64,000 nt of DNA from Eledone cirrhosa (GCA_964016885.1 OZ024740.1:424452001-424516000); one strand, 5' to 3'; numbered from the stretch's first letter, positions 41,293 through 54,850 are shown. Notes: a model not told the origin generated them from the sequence alone. A program made the numbers and translations.

Positions 41293-41710
41293 GCTCTGCT
41301 GCTGCTGCTGCTGCTGATGTCACTGCTGCTGCTGTCACTGCTGTTGCTGTCATTGCTGTCACTGCTGCTCCTGCTGCTGTTGCTGCTGTTTTCGTTCTTG
41401 CTGCTGTTGCTGCTGCTATCTCTATTGTTGCTGTTGCTGCTGCTACTGCTGCTGCTATCTCTATTGTTGCTGTTGCTGCTGCTACTGCTGCTGCTATCTC
41501 AGTTGCTGCTGCTATTTCTATTGTTGTTGCTGCTACTGCTACTGCTGCTGCTGTCTGAGTTACTGCTGTTGCTGCTGCTACTGCTGCTGCTGTCTCAGTT
41601 GCTGCTGCCATTTCTATTGTTGTTGCTGCTGCTGCTGCTATTCCAACCGTTGCTGCTGAGGTCCGCACCTCTCTTCTGCTGCTGCTGCTGCTGCTGCTAC
41701 TGTTGCTGTT
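41293..41710 (+). repeat. (CTG/GTT)n low-complexity repeat
   Basis: Direct. Confidence 0.9.
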
Positions 41711-41877
41711 GGTACTCTCCCTTTGTCAGTAAGGTATGATATAGTGTAGGGGTGAGTCTGTTGTTAGAGACTGAGGTGAGCACATGTGAGGTGTCACCGG
41801 GTGACCACCAGTGGACGGTGGCACATCAGGCAGAGCTTCATATACATATATACACACACATACATACACACATACAT

Positions 41878-41922
<45 letters not shown>

Positions 41923-41925
41923 CAT

Positions 41926-41959
<34 letters not shown>

Positions 41960-42333
41960 ATACATACACATACATACATACATACACACATATATATATA
42001 TATACACATATACACATACATATACATACATACACCCATACATACACACATACATACATACACACCATACATACATGCATACACACATGCATACATACAC
42101 ACATGCATACACACACATACAACATACATACACACATACACGCACACACACACATATACATACACACGTGCATGCAAACTCATATTTATATATATATAAA
42201 TATGAATATATGTAAATGCATACATGTAAATGCACACACACACACACGCACACGCACACACACACACACAGACACACATATATATATATGTAGATTTAAC
42301 ACTTCACTGCCCGCACTTCATAGCATGTCTCCC

Positions 42334-42404
42334 TATTTTATCTGATGAGAACGAATATATCATCCCATGATGATATTTGTTTTTGAAATGCGCATAATAA
42401 AATA
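42334..42404 (+). ncRNA. Type I hammerhead ribozyme (long helix II family)
   Basis: TATTTTAT-CTGATGA-[GAACGAATAT..ATATTTGTTTTT]-GAAA-TGCGCA-TA^ATAAAATA. Helix I is 8 bp, helix III is palindromic, predicted AUA cleavage after 42396. Confidence 0.8.
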
Positions 42405-42444
42405 CATGGAACTCTTTTAACCATCTTTTGATCTTATCTTATAA

Positions 42445-42484
<40 letters not shown>

Positions 42485-42593
42485 TGGGGCGTGTCACTGG
42501 TTTTTGTTGGGGGTACAGGTGTTTTGAAATGCTCATCTACATCTACGTCCACGTTTGGTTCGGTTCATCGCCAAAACAGATGGGAGTGCATTC

Positions 42594-42637
<44 letters not shown>

Positions 42638-42641
<4 letters not shown>

Positions 42642-45027
42642 TGGAATAAATGCTCTGAAATAGCGATATATATGTGAATATAGACATAGAATATTCGAAA
42701 ATATTCTGTATGTTTATAATAAACATTTTGAAGACCTAATCGCTATAGAATAGAATACGTCACGTATTACAATTAGATTCTCGATAAAAGCAAGGGAAGT
42801 AATCTACGCGTTTCATTCTTATTAGAAATCTTCAGGACTACATATCCAGTGCTTTTATCGAGAATGACACAGCTAGAGACTTATAGAATACTTAGCTGTG
42901 TACATGAACTGGTTTGAAAGAGCGGTTGCCGGTCCGGCAGAAATTAGAAATTGGAATAAATGCTCTGAAATAGCGATATATATGTGAATATAGACATAGA
43001 ATATTCGAAAATATTCTGTATGTTTATAATAAACATTTATTATAAATGTTTATTATAAACATACATGTTTATTATACATGTTTATTAAACATAAATGTTT
43101 ATTATAAACATACATGTTTATTATAAACATACAGAATATTTTCGAATATTCTATGTCTATATTCACATATATATCGCTATTTCAGAGCATTTATTCCAAT
43201 TTCTAATTTCTGCCGGACCGGCAACCGCTCTTTCAAACCAGTTCATGTACACAGCTAAGTATTCTATAAGTCTCTAGCTGTGTCATTCTCGATAAAAGCA
43301 CTGGATATGTAGTCCTGAAGATTTCTAATAAGAATGAAACGCGTAGATTACTTCCCTTGCTTTTATCGAGAATCTAATTGTAATACGTGACGTATTCTAT
43401 TCTATAGCGATTAGGTCTTCAAAATGTTTATTATAAACATACAGAATATTTTCGAATATTCTATGTCTATATTCACATATATATCGCTATTTCAGAGCAT
43501 TTATTCCAATTTCTAATTTCTGCCGGACCGGCAACCGCTCTTTCAAACCAGTTCATGTACACAGCTAAGTATTCTATAAGTCTCTAGCTGTGTCATTCTC
43601 GATAAAAGCACTGGATATGTAGTCCTGAAGATTTCTAATAAGAATGAAACGCGTAGATTACTTCCCTTGCTTTTATCGAGAATCTAATTGTAATACGTGA
43701 CGTATTCTATTCTATAGCGATTAGGTCTTCAAAATGTTTATTATAAACATACAGAATATTTTCGAATATTCTATGTCTATATTCACATATATATCGCTAT
43801 TTCAGAGCATTTATTCCAATTTCTAATTTCTGCCGGACCGGCAACCGCTCTTTCAAACCAGTTCATGTACACAGCTAAGTATTCTATAAGTCTCTAGCTG
43901 TGTCATTCTCGATAAAAGCACTGGATATGTAGTCCTGAAGATTTCTAATAAGAATGAAACGCGTAGATTACTTCCCTTGCTTTTATCGAGAATCTAATTG
44001 TAATACGTGACGTATTCTATTCTATAGCGATTAGCTCTTCAAAATGTTTATTATAAACATACAGAATATTTTCGAATATTCTATGTCTATATTCACATAT
44101 ATATCGCTATTTCAGAGCATTTATTCCAATTTCTAATTTCTGCCGGACCGGCAACCGCTCTTTCAAACCAGTTCATGTACACAGCTAAGTATTCTATAAG
44201 TCTCTAGCTGTGTCATTCTCGATAAAAGCACTGGATATGTAGTCCTGAAGATTTCTAATAAGAATGAAACGCGTAGATTACTTCCCTTGCTTTTATCGAG
44301 AATCTAATTGTAATACGTGACGTATTCTATTCTATAGCGATTAGGTCTTCAAAATGTTTATTATAAACATACAGAATATTTTCGAATATTCTATGTCTAT
44401 ATTCACATATATATCGCTATTTCAGAGCATTTATTCCAATTTCTAATTTCTGCCGGACCGGCAACCGCTCTTTCAAACCAGTTCATGTACACAGCTAAGT
44501 ATTCTATAAGTCTCTAGCTGTGTCATTCTCGATAAAAGCACTGGATATGTAGTCCTGAAGATTTCTAATAAGAATGAAACGCGTAGATTACTTCCCTTGC
44601 TTTTATCGAGAATCTAATTGTAATACGTGACGTATTCTATTCTATAGCGATTAGGTCTTCAAAATGTTTATTATAAACATACAGAATATTTTCGAATATT
44701 CTATGTCTATATTCACATATATATCGCTATTTCAGAGCATTTATTCCAATTTCTAATTTCTGCCGGACCGGCAACCGCTCTTTCAAACCAGTTCATGTAC
44801 ACAGCTAAGTATTCTATAAGTCTCTAGCTGTGTCATTCTCGATAAAAGCACTGGATATGTAGTCCTGAAGATTTCTAATAAGAATGAAACGCGTAGATTA
44901 CTTCCCTTGCTTTTATCGAGAATCTAATTGTAATACGTGACGTATTCTATTCTATAGCGATTAGGTCTTCAAAATGTTTATTATAAACATACAGAATATT
45001 TTCGAATATTCTATGTCTATATTCATA
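42638..45027. mobile_element. 310-bp tandem HHR repeat (non-LTR retrozyme / PLE pLTR-like): ~1.3 units on - (42638-43038) facing away from ~6.2 units on + (43114-45027)
   Basis: TTCGAATATT recurs at 43141, 43451, 43761, 44071, 44381, 44691 and 45001 (period 310). Only one substitution noticed (44035). Flanked by (TA)n. Confidence 0.9.
43285..43373 (+). ncRNA. Type I hammerhead ribozyme, unit 1 (repeated at 43595, 43905, 44215, 44525, 44835 on +, and 42777-42865 on -)
   Basis: GTAGTC-CTGAAGA-T-TTCT-AATA-AGAA-T-GAAAC-GC-GTA^GATTAC. Helix I is extended by a perfect 16-bp stem ATTCTCGATAAAAGCA/TGCTTTTATCGAGAAT. Predicted GUA cleavage after 43345. Confidence 0.85.
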
Positions 45028-45039
45028 TATATATATATT

Positions 45040-45375
45040 TATAGAAGAAATTAAAAGATGGTTAAAAAAGTTCCATATATTTTATTATGCGCATTTCGAA
45101 AACAATATCATCCTGGGACAAAAATTGTGTTCTCATCAGATAAAATAAGGTGACATGATATGAAGCCTAAAAACACTTGTGAACAAGAAAGTGTCCAATC
45201 TAAATATGATATGTAGTATGGACACTTTCTTGTTCACAAGTGTTCTTAGGCCTCATACCACGTTACCTTATTTTATCTGATGAGAACACAATTTTTGTCC
45301 CAGGATGATGTTGTTTTCGAAATGCGCATAATAAAATATATGGAACTTTTTTAACCATCTTTTAATTTCTTCTTT
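45040..45375. mobile_element. Fold-back element with two divergent HHRs (45078-45147 on -, 45269-45338 on +), same family as 42334
   Basis: Inverted arms of ~155 bp with several mismatches. Each reads TATTTTAT-CTGATGA-GAAC..TTC-GAAA-TGCGCA-TA^ATAAAATA. Confidence 0.85.
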
Positions 45376-45656
45376 ATATACTCCTGTTCTACCAACTGTT
45401 GAATGCTACTTATCTGATATATGCATAGTTTTATTGTTCTACAATATTACTCACCTCTTACATATATATACTTATATGTATATATATATATATATTTATG
45501 CAGATATAAGTATATATATATATATATAGTTAGGAAAGCAGAAAATTGCTTATTGTAATCCAGTTCTTGGACGGTTTCCAACGTACGGTTAGGGGTAACT
45601 CCACAAGTTTGCAAGAATCTGGTTAGTAAATCCCGTTCAATCTTGGGGTAAAAACA

Positions 45657-45972
45657 ATAAAAGAGAAAACACAGGTAAGCAAGCATTAAAAAAAGGATTT
45701 TATCCAGGTATTTACGACCGTTTCATTGGTAAGCGCAACCTTATATCGCTATACTGCAAAAAGCAGCCACTCGATAATAACTGTTTTTCACCTCCAGATT
45801 TTCAAAATAATTTTCAAGTAATTTATTTTGAAAATCTGGAGGTGAATAACAGTTATTATCGAGTGGCTGCTTTTTGCAGTATAGCGATATAAGGTTGCGC
45901 TTACCAATGAAACGGTCGTAAATACCTGGATAAAATCCTTTTTTAATGCTTACCTGTGTTTTCTCTTTTATT
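45657..45972. repeat. ~315-bp fold-back palindrome next to (TA)n
   Basis: Arms AATAAAAGAGAAAACACAGG.. / ..CCTGTGTTTTCTCTTTTATT, centre ~45815. Contains GAAACGGTC but no clean CTGANGA. Confidence 0.85.
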
Positions 45973-46009
45973 ATATATATATATGTATGTAAATCTATCT
46001 ATATATATA

Positions 46010-46102
<93 letters not shown>

Positions 46103-46125
46103 GTATATATGTATATATATATATG

Positions 46126-46232
<107 letters not shown>

Positions 46233-46287
46233 GTATATATATATATATATATTATATGTATATATATATATATATTATATATATATA

Positions 46288-46491
<204 letters not shown>

Positions 46492-46586
46492 GTATATATG
46501 TACATTCATATACATGTATTCAGTCAGGTATGTACCGATATGTGTGTGCATGTACACATGCCATCCTAGTTCTATGTAAAACCCTA

Positions 46587-46885
46587 AATAAAGTACCAGT
46601 AATGCACTGATATAATTGCTGGCCTTGTGCCAAAAGTAGAAACAATTATTATATCAATTATTTGGCAGTATCGGCAGAGAGTCTGACGCCATGCTTTGAA
46701 GCATAGAGTTATGTCCCTTGCCATTCTGAGTTCAAATTCCGCCGAGGTTAACTTTGTCTTTCATCCTTACAGGGTCTATAAAATAAAGTACCAGTAATAC
46801 ACTGATTAATTGCTGGCTTTGTGCCAAATGTAGAAACAACTATGATCGCAAGTCCAACAGCCTCACCACTAGGCCACGCGCCTCC
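46587..46885. mobile_element. Nin-domain SINE (46661-46840, +), SINE tail (46587-46648, +) and inverted SINE head fragment
   Basis: Same motifs as the other copies. Confidence 0.8.
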
Positions 46886-47363
46886 AATTTAGCTCTATTA
46901 GGATATTTTAATTGATCAAATAAATACATCTGACTTAGTTCCAATAGCTTAGGTTGCCGGTACGGAGGGGCGGGGCAGTAGCTTAGGTAGCCGGGAAGGA
47001 GAGGCGGGATCTTAGTCGTGTGAGTTCCTATTTAGTAATTATTAATTTGTATTGTGTACAAAACAATGTCGTTATTTCTGAGACTGATACCCTGTATGTA
47101 TGTATGTACATGTATATATGTGTGTGTGTGAGTGTTTGAGAGTGTGTGTGTGTGTGTGAGTGTAAGTGTGAGTGTGTATGTTTGCTCCGGTATCCCGAGA
47201 CCCCAAAGAGGGTTCGGAAGGGAGCAAACACACACACACACACAAACACACATATATATGCATATGTGTGTGTATGTATGCATAGATAAATATTACTATG
47301 GATATATATATATACATAAATATATATACATATATATATACATATTTATATATATATACATAC

Positions 47364-47451
<88 letters not shown>

Positions 47452-47453
47452 CA

Positions 47454-47487
<34 letters not shown>

Positions 47488-47504
47488 CATATATATATAT
47501 ATAT

Positions 47505-47539
<35 letters not shown>

Positions 47540-47762
47540 AATATATATATAATATACAGATATAAATATATATATATAATATACAAATATTAATATATAT
47601 ATATATCAAGTTTCACATAGAAATTGCTTTTACAGGACTAGAAATGTTTTAATGAAAAGAAATCACCAGGAAAACTGTAGGTGTTCCAGGTGACTGGCTG
47701 AGGCCAGACTGGGGCATCACCTTGCATGCAATTAATTTGTCTTTAGTCTTGTTATATATATA

Positions 47763-47860
<98 letters not shown>

Positions 47861-48059
47861 TATATATATATATGTGTGTGTGTATATATGTGTATATATG
47901 TGTATATATGCGTATATATGTGTCTCTATATGTATATCACATGTTTGTTTGCACATGAGTATAATTTTACACATACACCCTTATATACACAGGCACACAT
48001 ATCCATGTATAACATATATATATATATATGTGCGTGTTTGTGTATATATATATATACAC

Positions 48060-48612
48060 ACATAAGAAAACTACACAAATACACACGTACACATACATAC
48101 ATAAGAAGACCAATCAAATACACACGCACACACATACAGACACACACACACACACACATACATATATAAGAAGACAAACTCAAATACACACGCACACATA
48201 CACACACACATACATGCATAAGAAGACCACTCAAATACACACGCACACATACACATACATATACATAAGAAGACCACTCAAATACACACGCACGCATACA
48301 CACACATACATACATAAGAAGACCACTGAAATACACACACACACACACACAACACACACATGAGAAAACTACTCAAATACACACGCACACATAAATACAT
48401 ACATAAGAAAACCATTCCAATACACACACACACACACGCATAACACATACACACATAAGAAAACTACTCAAATACACACGCACACACAAACACACATAAG
48501 AAAACCACTCAAACACACACACACACACACATACACATATAAGAAGACATCACTCAAACACACACACACATACACACACACAAGAAGAACACTCAATTAC
48601 ACACACACACAC
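48060..48612 (+). repeat. Variable-length minisatellite CATAAGAAGACCACTCAAATACACACG + (CA)n
   Basis: About a dozen units anchored by TAAGAA(G/A)AC. Confidence 0.85.
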
Positions 48613-48790
48613 ACAGAGAAGGACCTGTGATTGTTTACGATTTAGTTGAGTGCTTATCAAGGTTACAATTTCCTTTTTTTTCACTATTTATACTCCGCCT
48701 CAAACACGAACACACACTCTGCTACACATACTTATATATAAGGAAGTAAACACTGACGTATACACAACAAACATACATATACACATATAC

Positions 48791-48885
<95 letters not shown>

Positions 48886-48989
48886 TATACATATATATAC
48901 ATATATATACATATATATATATCTATACACATATATATATACATACATATATATATATAAACATGCATATATGTAAGTGTGTGCATGTT

Positions 48990-49086
<97 letters not shown>

Positions 49087-49103
49087 GTATATATATATGT
49101 ATA

Positions 49104-49159
<56 letters not shown>

Positions 49160-49165
<6 letters not shown>

Positions 49166-49450
49166 AACCAGTAAGACCCCGAAAAGTCTGGATGCGGCGT
49201 GGTAGGGTCGGAAAGTGCTCTACTACGGGAGTAGGAGCTAGATAACGAAGGAAATGTGGTAAGGAACCAGGTGGACCATAACGCACCAAAGTACTCAATA
49301 CTTGAGGTAGTAGAGTGGGTAATAGGAACCAGTAAGACCCCGAAAAGTCTTTTCGGGGTCTTACTGGTTCCTATTACCCACTCTACTACCTCAAGTATTG
49401 AGTACTTTGGTGCGTTATGGTCCACCTGGTTCCTTACCACATTTCCTTCG

Positions 49451-49455
<5 letters not shown>
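49160..49455. mobile_element. (TA)n-inserted element: 161-bp direct repeat plus inverted arm
   Basis: GGAACCAGTAAGACCCCGAAAAGTC occurs twice, 161 bp apart. Palindrome 49242-49454 is centred at ~49348. Confidence 0.85.
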
Positions 49456-49480
<25 letters not shown>

Positions 49481-49483
<3 letters not shown>

Positions 49484-49792
49484 GAGGTTATATTTAATTT
49501 GTTGGGATTCAACAAGCTTAAAAAATGTTATAACTGATTTAAAGCACTCAACTGTTTAGTGGAGTAAATACACAATATATTAATAAATGGAAACTTAACG
49601 GTTGGAGCTTCCTGGATAGGAAGCTCCAACCGTTAAGGTTGTCTTTTTTCCGGGTATGTCAATATTTATTTATAAAACAAATCTGTATTTTATCTGATGA
49701 AAGCGCACCATAATTTGCCTTGATTGCCCTTGAAATATGTATAATAAAATAAATATGGTTTTATAAATATAGTTTCCATTTATTAATATATT
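49481..49792 (+). mobile_element. Short element with HHR (49686-49751) and internal hairpin (49594-49637); copies at 51331-51490 and 52703-52930
   Basis: TATTTTAT-CTGATGA-AAGCGCA..TGCCCTT-GAAA-TATGTA-TA^ATAAAATA. The 51384 copy has TTGATGA; the 52909 copy is truncated inside helix II. Confidence 0.8.
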
Positions 49793-49866
49793 ATATATAT
49801 ATATATATATATACAGAGAGAGAGAGAGAGAGAGATACAGAAGTAGTAAGACAACAGTTCACCATA

Positions 49867-49906
49867 CCGAGAACAATTGTTTCACCTTAGCGGATCTTCA
49901 GCTCGG
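49867..49906 (-). ncRNA. Minimal type I hammerhead ribozyme
   Basis: CCGAG-CTGAAGA-TCC-GCTAA-GGT-GAAAC-AATT-GTT^CTCGG. Helix I is a perfect 5 bp; helix III is palindromic. Confidence 0.7.
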
Positions 49907-50142
49907 ACTGGTCATGGTTATACGGAACAGCCGTATAGAGAGAGATATATTTTATGTAATGTATATATATATATATATAGATATATATATAGATATAAAA
50001 CAAAGGAATTGTGGTAAGGAACCAGATGGTCCATAACGCACCAGAGTACTCAATACTTAGGGTCAAAACGGCCTGAGCTCTGCCGTCGGGGTCATACTTT
50101 TTCCTATATATATATAACGACCGCTTGGTTTCAGTTCTGGAC

Positions 50143-50189
<47 letters not shown>

Positions 50190-50600
50190 CATTGTAATAT
50201 GTCCAATAAATTCCATTCGTCGCAACACTGATTCTCTTTTTATTCTGATATACATATATATATATATATATACAGGAAAAAGTATGACCCCGACGGCAGA
50301 GCTCAAGCAGTTTCCACAGCTATTTCTGGACTAAATTATTACCCACTCTACTACCTTAAGTATTGAGTACTCTGATGCGTTATGGTCCATCTGGTTCCTT
50401 ACCACAACTCCTTCGTTATATATATACACGCTCAGATAGAATATTTATACAAAAATTATGTGAACGTGAAAATATCATCTGTTAAGGTATTCTGTAACAC
50501 GTTTTATAGCCGTATAGAAACATACACACACACACACACACATACACGCACACACACACACGCACACGCGCGCGCGCGCACACGCACACACACACACACA

Positions 50601-50665
<65 letters not shown>

Positions 50666-50994
50666 ATACACGCATTCACACGTTTAGCCGTGCATGTGTA
50701 TATGTGTAAGTGTGTTGTGTAAATGTATGTGTGTGAATATATATATATATATATATTAGAAAGTGAGGTTTTTTTGCAAAATGAAAAGTAACCGAGGTGT
50801 CCTACACGAGTGAAAGTATAAAGAAAAAAAGATGAAATCGAAAATGCAACTATATATATTTATTTGGTTCCTTTACCGGTTTCACAGTTATTCTGCTTTT
50901 CAAAAGTAGAGTTGAGATGGAGGGTCTGTGGTTTTTCTCACATCTCACATATATATAAGTATATATATAAGTATATATATAAGTATATATATAA

Positions 50995-51061
<67 letters not shown>

Positions 51062-51493
51062 GGAGGTGAGTTTTATTGTAGTACAATAAAGCAATGCAGA
51101 TATCGGATAAATAGCACTCTACATACGCATAATAAAATACATGGAACTCTTTTAAAATATATGGAACTCTTGAAATGCGCACAATTAAATACATGGAACT
51201 CTGTTAACCATCTTTTGATCTTATATATATATTTACATATATATTTATATATATATATACATATATATGTATATATATATAAATGTATATATATATAAAT
51301 ATATATATATATATTTATATATATATATATGCAGAGGTCATATTTAATTTGTTGGGATTCAACAAATTTATGAAACAAATCTGTATTTTATTTGATGAAA
51401 GCGCACCATAATTTGCCTTGGTTGCCCTTGAAATGTAAATAATAAAATAAATATGGTTTTATAAATATAGTTTCCATTTATTAATATATTGTA

Positions 51494-51532
<39 letters not shown>

Positions 51533-51653
51533 CTCTATATATGTATATATATTATATACTCTATATATATATATATATATTATATACTCTATATATGTAT
51601 ATATGTATATATATATATATGTATACTTTATATATGTGTGTATATATATATAT

Positions 51654-51752
<99 letters not shown>

Positions 51753-52044
51753 AAATTTCGCTGTACATGGCTGAATACAATAAATGTAATCTGAGTTTTT
51801 CGAGTATTAATAACATTCGATTCGTTTGCAATTACACAAACATGCCTCAATGTTATAGCCATGTCAGTAGAATATATATATGTGTATATATATATATGTG
51901 TGTGTGTGATATGTGTATATATATATACATATATATATGTGTGTGTGTGTATATATGTATATATATATATGTATATATATATATAGGTATATATATATAT
52001 ATTTATATATAGGTATATATATATGTGTGTGTATATACATATAC

Positions 52045-52110
<66 letters not shown>

Positions 52111-52130
52111 CTAATATCTCTCTGTCTCCC

Positions 52131-52298
<168 letters not shown>

Positions 52299-52644
52299 CA
52301 GGCACACACAGACACACACACATACACGCATATATATACACATGTTGTGTGTCGGAGAAGCGGTAAAGTGGTAATGCGGAGAGAATGAAATTGCCTCAGT
52401 ATATCAGACAGACCTCCATGTCCTGCCCGGGTAACACTTGGTCATCTGAGGGATATTAATAAATCATAAACATATCTGTGCTTGTGCATATGTATACGTT
52501 TTATATATATATATATATATAATAAACCCTACCCCATATATATATATGTATCTTTATAGTATATAAATATATACTATGTATCATATATATATATTATAAT
52601 TATATATATGTCTTTATATATACATATAATATAATTATCTATAA

Positions 52645-52705
<61 letters not shown>

Positions 52706-53404
52706 GAGGTTATATTTAATTTGTTGGGATTCAACAAGCTTAAAAAATGTTATAACTGATTTAAAGCACTCAACTGTTTAGTGGAGTAAATACACAATAT
52801 ATTAATAAATGGAACCTTAACGGTTGGCGCTTCCTGGATAGGAAGCTCCAACCGTTAAGGTTGTCTTTTTTCCGGGTATGTCAATATTTATTTATAAAAC
52901 AAATCTGTATTTTATCTGATGAAAGCGCAGTATATATATATATACTTACAGAAAATTATATTATATGTATATATAAATACAAACAGTACGGTACAATAAC
53001 GATTTATATCATTTATATCATTAATTCTTAATATAAGAAAATAGTTTCAAAGTTTCGGACTCTTATCCCTCATCAATAAACAGAATATGATATAAAAGAA
53101 AGGAGACAACGCGAAGCTGGGAATCAAAAGCACGACTGTAGTAGGTATCTGGACATACACACACACACACGCCACCCACCACACACACACACACCACACG
53201 CCACACACCATACACCACACACCACACACCACACACACACACACCACACACTACACACCACACACACACACCACACACACACCACACACTATACACACAC
53301 CACACACTACACACCACACACCACACACACACACACCACACACACACCACACACTACACCACACACACACACACACACCACACACACACAAATATATATA
53401 TATA

Positions 53405-53960
53405 TGTAAAAGGTAAACAGAAATAACAACACAATCGGTACAGTATATGGAAGGAATATATTAGGTTAACTCTTGATATAGCAGGAAGAGGGTCTTAACG
53501 TTTCAGACGCTAGTCCTTCATCAGAAGAAAGAATGAGAAATAAGATAGATTGAGGGGACGGGCGGAATGGAATTGGAAAAAATGTCTCTAGATAAAAATA
53601 ACAGGTCCATTCATGTTGACATGTCTTGGAAAACTGTTGGTGCTGGTGTTTTGTGTATGATTTATTTTTTAGAAAAGTGGATGATGGATTGCGTGGGTGT
53701 GGTGAGATCCGTAGTTCAGTGCTTCTTTCGCTTTCCAGTTTCACGTTGTCTCCTATTGAACAAGATTCTTCATTTATCTCTTTCTATTCCTCAGGCAAAA
53801 TTGTGTTTTGTTGTAATACAAAGTGGTCTCGAATCTCCCTGAGAGCTACGTTGCTCGTGTCTGTGGAATATTTAGCCACATGCATGTTAATTTGGCGAAG
53901 TCGCTGTTTCATTGGTCGAAGAACTGTGACATTTGCTGTCGTGAAGCAGAGACTGCCAGA
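53405..53960 (-). mobile_element. Penelope-like element 3' remnant: possible GIY-YIG C-terminus, then pLTR with minimal HHR (53493-53528)
   Basis: TCTT-CTGATGA-AGGACTAGCGTCT-GAAACGTT-AAGA. Upstream ORF end NVTVLRP..ALREIRDHFVLQQNTILP only weakly resembles PLE endonuclease ends. Confidence 0.55.
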
Positions 53961-54850
53961 GACGCTGACACCTATATGTACACCATCACACAAACACACA
54001 TATACACATACAGTCAAATACACACAGACCCACACACATGCATAAAGACATGCGCAAACAAAAACACAGACACACACATACATGCACAAACATACACGAA
54101 CAAAAACACAGACACACACACACACACACATATACAGACAAAAACCTAGAAACACACATACACGCACAAACACATACACAAATCAAAACACAGACGCACA
54201 CACACACTGACAAAAAACACAGAAATACACATACATGCACAAACACATACACAAACAAAAACACACACACACACACTTACATACACAGACAATAACACAC
54301 AGACACACGCACAGACAAAACACACAGACACAGACACAGACACGCTCATACACATATACAGAACAGACACACACAGACACCCAGCCACACAAACATATAG
54401 ACATGCTTACGCTCAAACATACATATTTGAGCCTAGATATTATGAAGGCCCATGGTTTATGAGTTGATCTCACGACCATAATGTCGTTGGTTTAATTCTT
54501 GAACCAAGCGACCGTCTTGAAAATTCGCAGTATTCCTTGTTGCTTTTAATGATAAAACTGGGGTTCGTATCAATGAAACACGTGGAAAGTTCAGCTAAAC
54601 CTACATAGGTGTCAGGTGCATATTTAATTTCATTTCACTTTTTCATTTTCACATGTAATAATTGGGAACAGCTGTTCTTTCAAACATGTTATATAGAGAA
54701 TACGATTGTGTACAAGTTTCAACTTTTTGTTATATATCTCCCCAAGAGACATATCTGGTGTGAAACATTTCCATTCCTAAGTCCATAATTCTGTTAACGT
54801 TTTGCGACAATCACAACCTCATCTTCACAATATGAATACTATGCATTGAA

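Noticed and set aside
1-45027. CRISPR array interpretation of the tandem repeats
   Set aside because: No unique spacers, no cas genes, and a eukaryotic context.
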